Origin: Chloroflexota bacterium
GTDB lineage: Bacteria; Chloroflexota; Dehalococcoidia; UBA2979
Direction: 5' to 3'
Assembly: GCA_027593235.1 (NCBI GenBank)
Contig: JAQCIU010000037.1
Location: 1-30,342 of the forward strand
DNA length: 30,342 nt
The stretch's first letter is position 1. The number at the start of each line of letters is the position of its first letter. This document shows, piece after piece, positions 1 to 7,390 of this stretch. The position numbers were made by a program, and so were the translations under genes. The notes under the pieces were generated by a model. The model made no database searches. It saw only the letters and a program-made list of their open reading frames with translations, and was not told where the DNA came from.

Positions 1-62
1 CCATGGCTCGCTCGGTGGCCGCCCACCCATCAGCCGTGTCTCACATGTCCGTGGTCAGTACA
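1..62 (-). mobile_element. Terminus of a probable IS481-family insertion sequence (truncated by contig end)
   Basis: Minus strand from 62 reads TGTACTGACCACGGACATGTGAGACACGG..., identical to 30276 onward. It has a 5'-TGT terminus abutting GCTAGC (63-68), matching the NCTAGN target known for IS481. No transposase is in the window. Confidence 0.7.
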
Positions 63-69
63 GCTAGCC
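1..69. repeat. 69-bp perfect inverted repeat, left copy (partner 30269-30337)
   Basis: 1-69 is the exact reverse complement of 30269-30337; identity stops at 70/30268. Confidence 0.97.
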
Positions 70-165
70 GTACCGACCGGGTCACTCAAAACCTGCCCAA
101 ACAATGCCGCCTGTTCCGTGATTTGGTAGATTCTGTTGAACACCACAACAGCCTCGGGAGTCGCT

Positions 166-792
166 GTGCCCGATCCAAGTCCCAGTCCGCAGGGCGAGAC
201 CACAGTCCGCTGGGTGAGCCTCGCACGTGCGTGCTCGATCCTCGGCGTCAACGAGTCCACGGTCCGGCGCTGGGCAGACGCCGAGAAGATTCGTTGCTTT
301 CGGACCCCCGGCGGGCACCGTCGCTTCGCCGAGGCCGATCTGATCGCGATCACCAGCGGTTCGGTCGACTCGCACGAGATCGGCAACGCTGCCGTCTCGC
401 GGATCCGCCGGCAGCTCACGGGCGGCTCGAGTGGCGCGCCCTGGTACGAGGGCATGGGCGCCGACGAACGCGAGACCTTGCGCCCGCTTGGCCGGCGTCT
501 CGTCGAAATCGTCGACGACTACCTGTCCGGTCGCGGTGATCGCGCCCAACTCGATGAAGAGGTGGACGCCATCGGCGCCCGCTATGGGCTCGAGTTGTAC
601 GGGCGTGGTGTCGCCCTCGGCCAGGCGATGCAGGCGGTCGTCTTTTTCCGCCGCTCGCTCGATGAAACGGCGAAGCAACTCTCCGCGCGCCATCGCCTCT
701 CCGACGACGAGGCGTCACGCGCCCGCGAGGAGATCGCGGGCCTCGCTGATCGCGTGCTCGTCGGCGTCTCGGCTGCCTACGATCGAAGCTGA
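166..792 (+). CDS. MerR/excisionase-like (HTH_17, BldC-like) DNA-binding protein with C-terminal helical domain
   Basis: WVSLARACSILGVNESTVRRWADAEKIRCFRTPGGHRRF is a typical HTH_17 signature. GTG at 166 follows GGGAG; the ORF is open from TTG 136. Confidence 0.8.
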   Translation: MPDPSPSPQGETTVRWVSLARACSILGVNESTVRRWADAEKIRCFRTPGGHRRFAEADLIAITSGSVDSHEIGNAAVSRIRRQLTGGSSGAPWYEGMGADERETLRPLGRRLVEIVDDYLSGRGDRAQLDEEVDAIGARYGLELYGRGVALGQAMQAVVFFRRSLDETAKQLSARHRLSDDEASRAREEIAGLADRVLVGVSAAYDRS

Positions 793-824
793 CCACGAGC
801 AGCGGAGCGGGTAGAGTCGTCGCG

Positions 825-1697
825 ATGACTCCGCTGGGCGTTCCTCCCGACACACGACCGGCATTCGACCTGGCGTCGATTCGCGGCGTCCTCTTTGACG
901 CCTACGGCACCCTCTTCGAATTCGGCAATGCGCAGTTCCGCGCCGCGATCGGTACGATCCTCGCTGAGCAGGGCATCGAGACGGACTTCGAGCGGTTCCA
1001 TCGGAGCTGGATCGAGGCCTATTCGCCCTCGGGCGTCTGGGGCACCGAATCGCCGAACCGGCAGGACCCTTACCGCGACCACTCCTTGAACGGCCCGCTC
1101 CCGGCCTGGCATTCCCAGTGGGAGATCTGGCGCCGCCAGTTCGCATCCGCGCTCGAACAGCACGGACTGGAGGGCGACCCGGACCGCGCCGCTGACGTGC
1201 TGCGCGACCAACTGGGCGAGGCCGATCCGTTCCCCGAGGCGCATGACACTGTCGAACGCCTGGACGCGCACGGTCTCACGCTTGGCCTGCTCTCGAATGC
1301 CGACGAGGACTTTCTCCAGCGTGCCCTCTCACGCGCACGGCTCCGCTTCTCCGTGATCCAGAGTTCCGAGTCATTGCGCGCTTACAAGCCGCACCGCGCG
1401 GTCTTCCTCGCCGCCTGCGAACGCCTCGGTTGCGCGCCCAACGAAACGCTTTACGTCGGCGACTCGCCGATCGCCGACGTTGGTGGTGCGCACAACGCGG
1501 GCCTGCGTACTGTCTGGATTCGGCGGCCCTCGGAGGCCACGCCCGCCGCTGCTAATGCCGCCCCGAATGGCACCGCGAATGAGGCCGCGAACGGTCCGCC
1601 GCAGGTCGTCGACACCTACGCGGACATGATGAAACGGCTGCCGCAACCGGACCTCACCGTCGCCACGCTGCTCGGAATCGTCGACGCGCTGCCGTAA
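825..1697 (+). CDS. HAD-superfamily hydrolase (haloacid dehalogenase type II-like)
   Basis: Motif I LFDAYGTL, motif II LSNAD, motif III K (YKP), motif IV YVGDS..ADV.GA. Confidence 0.9.
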   Translation: MTPLGVPPDTRPAFDLASIRGVLFDAYGTLFEFGNAQFRAAIGTILAEQGIETDFERFHRSWIEAYSPSGVWGTESPNRQDPYRDHSLNGPLPAWHSQWEIWRRQFASALEQHGLEGDPDRAADVLRDQLGEADPFPEAHDTVERLDAHGLTLGLLSNADEDFLQRALSRARLRFSVIQSSESLRAYKPHRAVFLAACERLGCAPNETLYVGDSPIADVGGAHNAGLRTVWIRRPSEATPAAANAAPNGTANEAANGPPQVVDTYADMMKRLPQPDLTVATLLGIVDALP

Positions 1698-1743
1698 TCA
1701 GTCCTGAGATCGCCCGCGGATCACCGAAAAGCCCAGCTATTCA

Positions 1744-1772
1744 TTGCTGGGACGCTTCTGTATCCCTATACT
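1744..1772 (+). promoter_or_regulatory. Putative sigma70-type promoter of dnaN
   Basis: TTGCTG (1744-1749), 17-bp spacer, TATACT (1767-1772), in an AT-rich intergenic region. Confidence 0.6.
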
Positions 1773-1842
1773 AATGATGTAAATGAGAATCTGAGTAAGC
1801 ATTTTTTTCGATCTATTGATCGACCAAACCTAGACGACGCCC

Positions 1843-2973
1843 ATGCGCCTTTCTTGCCAGCAAGAAGACCTTCACCGCGGTCTCTCCGCCGTTGCTCGGG
1901 CGATCCCCGCGCGAACGACCTTGCCGATCACCCAGCACGTCCTGTTCGAGGCGCTGGAAGACTCGATCGTGCTGTCCGCGACGGATGCCGAAACAATCGC
2001 CATCACCTACCGGATCGCCGCCGATGTCGACGAGCCCGGCTCGATCACGATGCCGTCCCGCTTGCTCTCGGACTTCGTCGCGACCCTGCCGCACGAGCAG
2101 ATCAAGCTCACGCTGGCCGAGCGCTCGCGCCAGGTCAGCCTGACCTGCGCTCGCAACACCGCCTCAATTGGTGGGCTCGACCCCGACGATTTCCCGCCGA
2201 TCCCGCCGGTCGATGACGCCGGTCGCGTCGAGGTAGACGCCGGTCGCCTCCGCAAGGCGATCAGCCAGACCGTCTTCTCCGCCGCCACCGATGACTCGCG
2301 CCCGGTACTCACCGGCGTGCACTTCCACATGGAAGACCGCGAAGTGCGACTCGCCGCCGCCGATGGCTTCCGCCTCTCGGTACACACCATGGCGCTCGAT
2401 CACGAGGTCGACGAACGTGCCGTGATCGTTCCGGCGCGCGCCCTCGGCGAACTCGGACGGCTGCTCTCCGACGTCAGCGGTCCCGCGACGATGACCTTCA
2501 ACTCCGCGGGCACCCAGGTGCAGTTCGACCTCGGTCACGCCAAGCTCGTCGCCCAGCTCATCCAGGGAACTTTCCCGAACTACGAGCAGCTCATCCCGCG
2601 CGAGACCACCACCCGCACCGAGGTCTCCGTGAGCGAGCTGATCCGCGAGACCCGCATCGCCTCGATCTTCGCGCGCGACGGGTCGGGCATCGTCCGCCTC
2701 ATCGGCACGCCCGGCGATGGCGGACCCGGTCGTCTCCAGATCAACGCCCGCGCCGAGGAAGTCGGCGACAACGAAGGCGAAATCGACGCCATCGTCGACG
2801 GCGAAGAAGCAAAGATCGCCTTCAACGGTCGCTACCTCATGGACGTGCTCCAGATCATCGACTCCGATCGCGCGATGATCGAAACGTCATCGCCCTCGAG
2901 CCCTGGGGTGATCCGTCCCGTCGGCGACGACGCCTTCGTGCACGTGGTCATGCCGATGTTCGTTCAATGGTGA
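1843..2973 (+). CDS. dnaN: DNA polymerase III beta sliding clamp
   Basis: 376 aa; LSATD, SRPVLTGV, AADGFRLS, GTFPNYEQLIP, IAFNGRYLMD and C-terminal VVMPM motifs. Confidence 0.97.
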   Translation: MRLSCQQEDLHRGLSAVARAIPARTTLPITQHVLFEALEDSIVLSATDAETIAITYRIAADVDEPGSITMPSRLLSDFVATLPHEQIKLTLAERSRQVSLTCARNTASIGGLDPDDFPPIPPVDDAGRVEVDAGRLRKAISQTVFSAATDDSRPVLTGVHFHMEDREVRLAAADGFRLSVHTMALDHEVDERAVIVPARALGELGRLLSDVSGPATMTFNSAGTQVQFDLGHAKLVAQLIQGTFPNYEQLIPRETTTRTEVSVSELIRETRIASIFARDGSGIVRLIGTPGDGGPGRLQINARAEEVGDNEGEIDAIVDGEEAKIAFNGRYLMDVLQIIDSDRAMIETSSPSSPGVIRPVGDDAFVHVVMPMFVQW

Positions 2974-2978
2974 TAAAC

Positions 2979-2992
2979 AGCACGTTTGTTCT
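2979..2992. promoter_or_regulatory. Candidate LexA (SOS) box
   Basis: AGCACGTTTGTTCT (minus strand AGAACAAACGTGCT) is one mismatch from AGAAC-N4-GTTCT, the Gram-positive/Chloroflexi type. Confidence 0.45.
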
Positions 2993-3056
2993 ATCTACCC
3001 CTTCGCGGTAACCTTCTCGCTGTAGCGGCCCTTCTTCCCGGACAGGAGCTTCCGCA

Positions 3057-3770
3057 GTGACCCGTGGCGGGGACCGGCATCCCTTCGTTCCTGGCGACGA
3101 ACTCGTCCACGCCCAGGCCATCGTCCAGGCGATGCTCCACGATGGATCGACGGGCGGTCTCCTATTCCGTGCTGGGCTCAGCGGCGTGCAGGCCAAGCAC
3201 GACCAGACGCTCGAGCAGCTCAGGGCAGCGCCAGACTTTCACTTTGAGATCCGCGCGCCTCTCCTTCTCCACTCGTGGCTTCGTCAACAGCGTGTTCTAG
3301 GGGAGATAGGTGAGCCGTCGGCGGCAGGCGTGGTGTCCGACGCGTGCGCGTTCGCGGACCGTTGGGGGCTCGCGGCCTGGTGGGGTCCCGTTTCTGTACT
3401 CCAGCTGCTCCTCTTCGGCCTCGCGTCACCCGAGCGCGTTCTGGACCCCTCGGCGTTTCGCGGGGACTGGATCCCGCTAGAGGCTGTCCGAGCGACAATG
3501 CCCGGGGGACGCTCGATGGTGCTCGAGCTTGAGCCGAACGCCACTGCAGCCGCGGTCACGGATCTCATCGCTGAGCAATCGGCAACGGCCGGCTATCCCC
3601 TAAGCTATCGGGCGAAACGTCGCATCAGCGCGAGCGTCGCACCGCACGTGCTTAAAGCTCGCACGAAGGCGGAGTCAGCCGGTTGGGAGCACGAGCCGAC
3701 CGGGAACCTTGAAGCCGATGCGGCTTGGTGCGCGCGACTCCTCCTCGATGAGAAGGCGACCCCGTCGTAG
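3057..3770 (+). CDS. Hypothetical protein, probably a C-terminally truncated remnant of an integrated element
   Basis: 237-aa ORF with more A/T-ending codons than its neighbours (CTA, ATA, CTT AAA); overlaps the convergent ORF by 166 bp; no recognisable motif. Confidence 0.5.
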   Translation: MTRGGDRHPFVPGDELVHAQAIVQAMLHDGSTGGLLFRAGLSGVQAKHDQTLEQLRAAPDFHFEIRAPLLLHSWLRQQRVLGEIGEPSAAGVVSDACAFADRWGLAAWWGPVSVLQLLLFGLASPERVLDPSAFRGDWIPLEAVRATMPGGRSMVLELEPNATAAAVTDLIAEQSATAGYPLSYRAKRRISASVAPHVLKARTKAESAGWEHEPTGNLEADAAWCARLLLDEKATPS

Positions 3771-4207
3771 TCGACGAGGAACACCGCCCGCGGTAGCTCG
3801 CCTGCGGGGAGGGCCGGCGCGAAACCGACCACGGCGGCGATCGCCTCGAGGCTGTAGGGGCTGCCGAGGTTTTCGAGCGGTGGCGGAGCCGGGAAAGCGG
3901 TCGGCGTGACGTCCGGCGGCGGCGTCGGGAGGACCTCGATGCGCTCGCCTTGGACGAGGCCGAAGAACTCGCCGATCGCGGTGCGGGCGGGTGGGACGGC
4001 GATCGTCGCCGCGAGCATCACCAGCGCGACGACCGTTGCGGCCGCGAGGCGAGGCGCGCGCCCGATCGCGAAGCGAGGGGCGCGGCGCTCGATGCGGGCG
4101 GCGGCAACCACGCGGCTGGCGAGGTCGGGCGTCGTTGGGTACGCGGCGGCCGCGGCCTCGGTGTCGAGCCACTGCGCCCAGCGGTCGTCGCGCCGTTCGT
4201 TGGTCAT
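3605..4207 (-). pseudogene. Putative anti-sigma factor, extracytoplasmic part apparently truncated near 3755
   Basis: ATGA overlap with the ECF sigma stop; short cytoplasmic N-terminus, one TM helix (LAAATVVALVMLAATIAV), Pro-rich linker. After ...FLVDYDGVAF the sequence looks like antisense read-through. Confidence 0.55.
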
Positions 4208-4806
4208 TGGTCGCCACCCGATTCGAGGTCGGTCGGGGCCAACGACGGGAAGTCTTGCTCGATGACGGCGCGGAGCCGCGTGCGTGCTCGGCTCAGCCGC
4301 GATTTCACGGTGCCGGGTTGCTGGTCGATGGTGGTCGCGATCTCTGACTCCGGGAGATCGAGGAAGTGCCGCAGGTACAGCACCACCTGGTCGTCATGGC
4401 GGAGGCGAGCGATCGCGGTCAGGAGCGTGCGCTGGCGTTCGCTTTGCTCGAAGGCGCGGGCGGGGCCGGGGATCGACGGCTCCTCGATCGGTCGCAGGCG
4501 GCCGAGGAGGCCGCGTCGCCGTCCGCGCGCGCGGACCTCGTTGAGCGCGAGGTTGGTGACGATCCGCAGTAGCCACGGCCGAAACGGCTGGCCGAGCTGG
4601 AAACGTGAGAGCTGGCGGTAGGCGCGGATGAAGCCGTCCTGGGTGACGTCCTCGGCGGTCGCTGCGTCGCGCACGACGAGGTAGGCGGTGCGGAATGCCA
4701 CGGGTTGATAGCGCTCGACAAGAGCGGCGTACGCCTCCGCGTCGCCGTTCCGTACCGCCTGGATGACGGCACCATCTGGATCCATCAGTCCTGCGCGTCC
4801 ACGCAC
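4204..4806 (-). CDS. ECF-type RNA polymerase sigma-70 factor
   Basis: AEDVTQDGFIRAY, FRPWLLRIVTN (region 2) and SEIATTIDQQPGTVKSRLSRAR (region 4). Start is GTG 4806 or ATG 4785. Confidence 0.93.
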   Translation of the reverse strand: MRGRAGLMDPDGAVIQAVRNGDAEAYAALVERYQPVAFRTAYLVVRDAATAEDVTQDGFIRAYRQLSRFQLGQPFRPWLLRIVTNLALNEVRARGRRRGLLGRLRPIEEPSIPGPARAFEQSERQRTLLTAIARLRHDDQVVLYLRHFLDLPESEIATTIDQQPGTVKSRLSRARTRLRAVIEQDFPSLAPTDLESGGDQ

Positions 4807-4893
4807 CTGTCATACACCGCGGGCGAGCGATCGGTTCCCGCTGGTGGTTCGAGCGTCAGCGCTGGTTCCCGGCAGATCGAGGGGGCCGGCTGG

Positions 4894-5478
4894 TTAGGCC
4901 GGAGCGGTGACGCGGATACCGTCGATCAATTGCGGGATGAGGCTGCGCGCGACGCGGTCGGCGTCGAGCTTGCCCGAGGTGGTGACGTGCATCATCCCGA
5001 CGAAGTGCAGCGCGCCCATCAGCGCGGTGGCGGTCAGATCGACGTCGTCGACCTTGAGTTCGCCGGTGGCGCGGCCCTCGATCAGGAGTTCGCGGAGCGG
5101 CGTCATCATCACGCGGTCGGCGTTCGCCATGACCTCGCTCATGTTGCCGGCGCGCTTCACCGCGAGGGGGAGCTCCGTGCAAAGCGGCGGGTGTTGCTCA
5201 ATGCTCTGGAGGATCGCGGTCATCGCGCGCGTCAGACGCTCGCTGACTGTTCCGCTGGAAGCGGCGGCCGAGGCGATCGCCTCGCGGACCAACGAGAACT
5301 TCTCATTGAGGAAGAAGGCGATCAGGTCGTCTTTACCTGAGAAGTAGTAGTAGAGCGTCGCTCGCGGCACGTCGGCGAGTTTGGCGACCTCGTCGATTGT
5401 CACGTCGAACTCAGTGCCCGTGAGTTGGTCAGACACCTTGATCAGCCGTGCGGTCAGCTCCGCCGGTGGCGTTTTCAT
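4894..5478 (-). CDS. TetR/AcrR-family transcriptional regulator
   Basis: TIDEVAKLADVPRATLYYYFSGKDDL HTH; likely start ATG 5478 (MKTPPAE). Confidence 0.92.
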   Translation of the reverse strand: MKTPPAELTARLIKVSDQLTGTEFDVTIDEVAKLADVPRATLYYYFSGKDDLIAFFLNEKFSLVREAIASAAASSGTVSERLTRAMTAILQSIEQHPPLCTELPLAVKRAGNMSEVMANADRVMMTPLRELLIEGRATGELKVDDVDLTATALMGALHFVGMMHVTTSGKLDADRVARSLIPQLIDGIRVTAPA

Positions 5479-5577
5479 ATGTCTACATCCTACTGCGAAC
5501 TCCTCTTGACAGAGTTTAGACGTGTGTCTGGTCGGTCGTGCATTCCGACTGCCGAGGCTGGTTCCCGGGCGAGCGCG

Positions 5578-5603
5578 GAGGGCGGGCCAATCGGCCCGCC
5601 CTC
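5578..5603. repeat. Perfect 11-bp GC-rich inverted repeat (hairpin) between tetR and nirA
   Basis: GAGGGCGGGCC-AATC-GGCCCGCCCTC; no U-tract, function unclear. Confidence 0.75.
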
Positions 5604-5683
5604 GTCGCGTCTGGCACCTCGCGTGTCTGGCACTCCGCTGCAATCGGTCCGAGAGATCGCCGCAACCGAGCAGAGACCCACTG

Positions 5684-5721
5684 TTCATCCACCGTTCACC
5701 TGCACGCAGCGCCTCCGAAAC
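5684..5721 (+). promoter_or_regulatory. GlnR/OmpR-like phased binding array upstream of nirA
   Basis: TTCAT-n6-TTCAC-n6-GCAGC-n6-GAAAC, with 11-bp periodicity as in the actinobacterial GlnR box (gTnAc-n6-GaAAc). Confidence 0.5.
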
Positions 5722-5759
5722 CGTCGCCCGCGACCCTGTTGGTGCGGAGGAGTGCGCGC

Positions 5760-7382
5760 GTGGCAGTCAACAAGATCGAGGCGATCAAGACCGAGAAGGA
5801 CGGGCTGGCGGTGTTGGCCGACCTGTTCCGCTACGCCCGTGACGGGGTGGACACGATCCCCGACGACGACCTTGAACGACTCAAGTGGTACGGGCTGTTT
5901 CACCGCAAGGCGACTCCCGGATTCTTCATGCTGCGAATCCGGATGCCCAACGGGGTGCTCAGCTCCGAACAGCTCGAAGCGATCGGCGAGATCTCCAACC
6001 GCTGCGGGCGCGGGGCCGCCGACATCACGACCCGACAGGCGATCCAGCTTCGCTGGATCACGATCGAGGACGCGCCGTGGGTGCTGCAACGGCTGGCGGC
6101 GGCGGGACTGACCTCGCAACAGAGCGGCATGGATAACGTCCGCAACGTGACCGGATGCCCGCTCGCGGGCCTGGACGCCGACGAGCTGTACGACGCGGGC
6201 CAGCTCGCGATGCGGTTGCAGCAGGCGATCATCGGGCACGATCGGTTCAGCAACCTGCCACGCAAATTCAGCATCGCGATCTCCGGCTGCCGCGAGGACT
6301 GCATCCACGCGCAGACCAACGACCTGTCGTTCGTGCCGGCGACCCGACCGTCCGAGGACGGCCCACCGCGTGTCGGGTTCAACGTCCTCGTTGGTGGCGC
6401 GCTCGGTGGAGCGGAGCCGGAGCTGGCGCAGCCGCTGGACGCGTTCGTCGAGCCGGCCGAGGTGGTCCCGCTCGCCGACGCGATCCTCGCAACGTTCCGC
6501 GATCACGGGTCGCGCGAATCGCGCAAGACGGCGCGGCTCAAGTTCCTACTGCGCGAGCGAGGCATCGAGGGCTTTCGGGCAATCGTCGCGGATGCGTATT
6601 GCGCGCCGATCGAGCGGGCGGGTGAGCCGGCGACCAACCGACACGGCGGCGATCACATCGGCCTCACCACGCAGCGCCAGGCCGGTCGTTCGGTCGTGGG
6701 TTGTCTCGTCCCGGTTGGCCGTGCCAGCGGCGACGCGCTGATCGAGTTCGGACGGCTCGCCTCTGTCTACGGCACCGGGGAGGTGCGGCTCACGGTTCAG
6801 CAGAACGTGCTGATCCCCGGCGTTGCGGACGCCGTCCTGGGGGAGTTGCTGGCGGAGCCGCTGCTCGACACGTACAGCCCAAGCCCGTCGAACTGGATCA
6901 GGTCGCTCGTCACTTGCACCGGCAACGACTTCTGCCATTTTGCGCAGACCGATACGAAGGGCGACGGCATTCGCCTGGCGGAGGCGCTGGACGCTCGCTA
7001 CGAGATCGACACGCCCGTGCGCATCCAGGTTTCCGGATGCCCGCACGCCTGCGGGCAGCACCGCGCCGGGGAGATCGGACTGCTCGGCGGGGGTGTGCGC
7101 GTGGACGGCGTCGTTGAGAGTGCGGCCGCTGTATTCGTTGGTGGCCGCCTGGGTGAGGACGCGCGACTCGCGGAGCAGGTGGCCAGCGGCGTGCTGCAGG
7201 CTGACCTGCCGGAGGTGGTCGCGGACCAGGTGCGCGCCCTCCGCGGGGCCGCTGCGGTGCGACCGCACCCGCCCGGACCGCATCACACCGCGGCGGGGGC
7301 GGCGGCTGCATCGCCGTCCTCGCCGTTGGTTGTCGCTGACGTCGCGGTTCCGATATCGGCCGTCCCGGCCGATGGGCGCTAG
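5760..7382 (+). CDS. nirA: Ferredoxin--nitrite reductase (siroheme/4Fe-4S)
   Basis: GTG 5760 after GGAGG; NKIEAIKTEKDGL, RLKWYGLF, ITTRQAIQ, SGMDNVRN, NLPRKF, and CTGNDFC / SGCPHACGQ cluster ligands; adjacent to a nitrate reductase and transporter. Confidence 0.9.
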   Translation: MAVNKIEAIKTEKDGLAVLADLFRYARDGVDTIPDDDLERLKWYGLFHRKATPGFFMLRIRMPNGVLSSEQLEAIGEISNRCGRGAADITTRQAIQLRWITIEDAPWVLQRLAAAGLTSQQSGMDNVRNVTGCPLAGLDADELYDAGQLAMRLQQAIIGHDRFSNLPRKFSIAISGCREDCIHAQTNDLSFVPATRPSEDGPPRVGFNVLVGGALGGAEPELAQPLDAFVEPAEVVPLADAILATFRDHGSRESRKTARLKFLLRERGIEGFRAIVADAYCAPIERAGEPATNRHGGDHIGLTTQRQAGRSVVGCLVPVGRASGDALIEFGRLASVYGTGEVRLTVQQNVLIPGVADAVLGELLAEPLLDTYSPSPSNWIRSLVTCTGNDFCHFAQTDTKGDGIRLAEALDARYEIDTPVRIQVSGCPHACGQHRAGEIGLLGGGVRVDGVVESAAAVFVGGRLGEDARLAEQVASGVLQADLPEVVADQVRALRGAAAVRPHPPGPHHTAAGAAAASPSSPLVVADVAVPISAVPADGR

Positions 7383-7390
7383 CGCCGCCG

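Noticed and set aside
1-69. Terminal inverted repeats of a linear plasmid or phage
   Set aside because: Content is chromosomal, with no terminal protein, replicase or virion genes; the TGT end plus NCTAGN target fits an IS-caused assembly break better.
5611-5645. Two TGGCAC hexamers resembling sigma54 -24 elements
   Set aside because: Spacing gives GG-N10-GT and GG-N9-GC, neither being the required GG-N10-GC.
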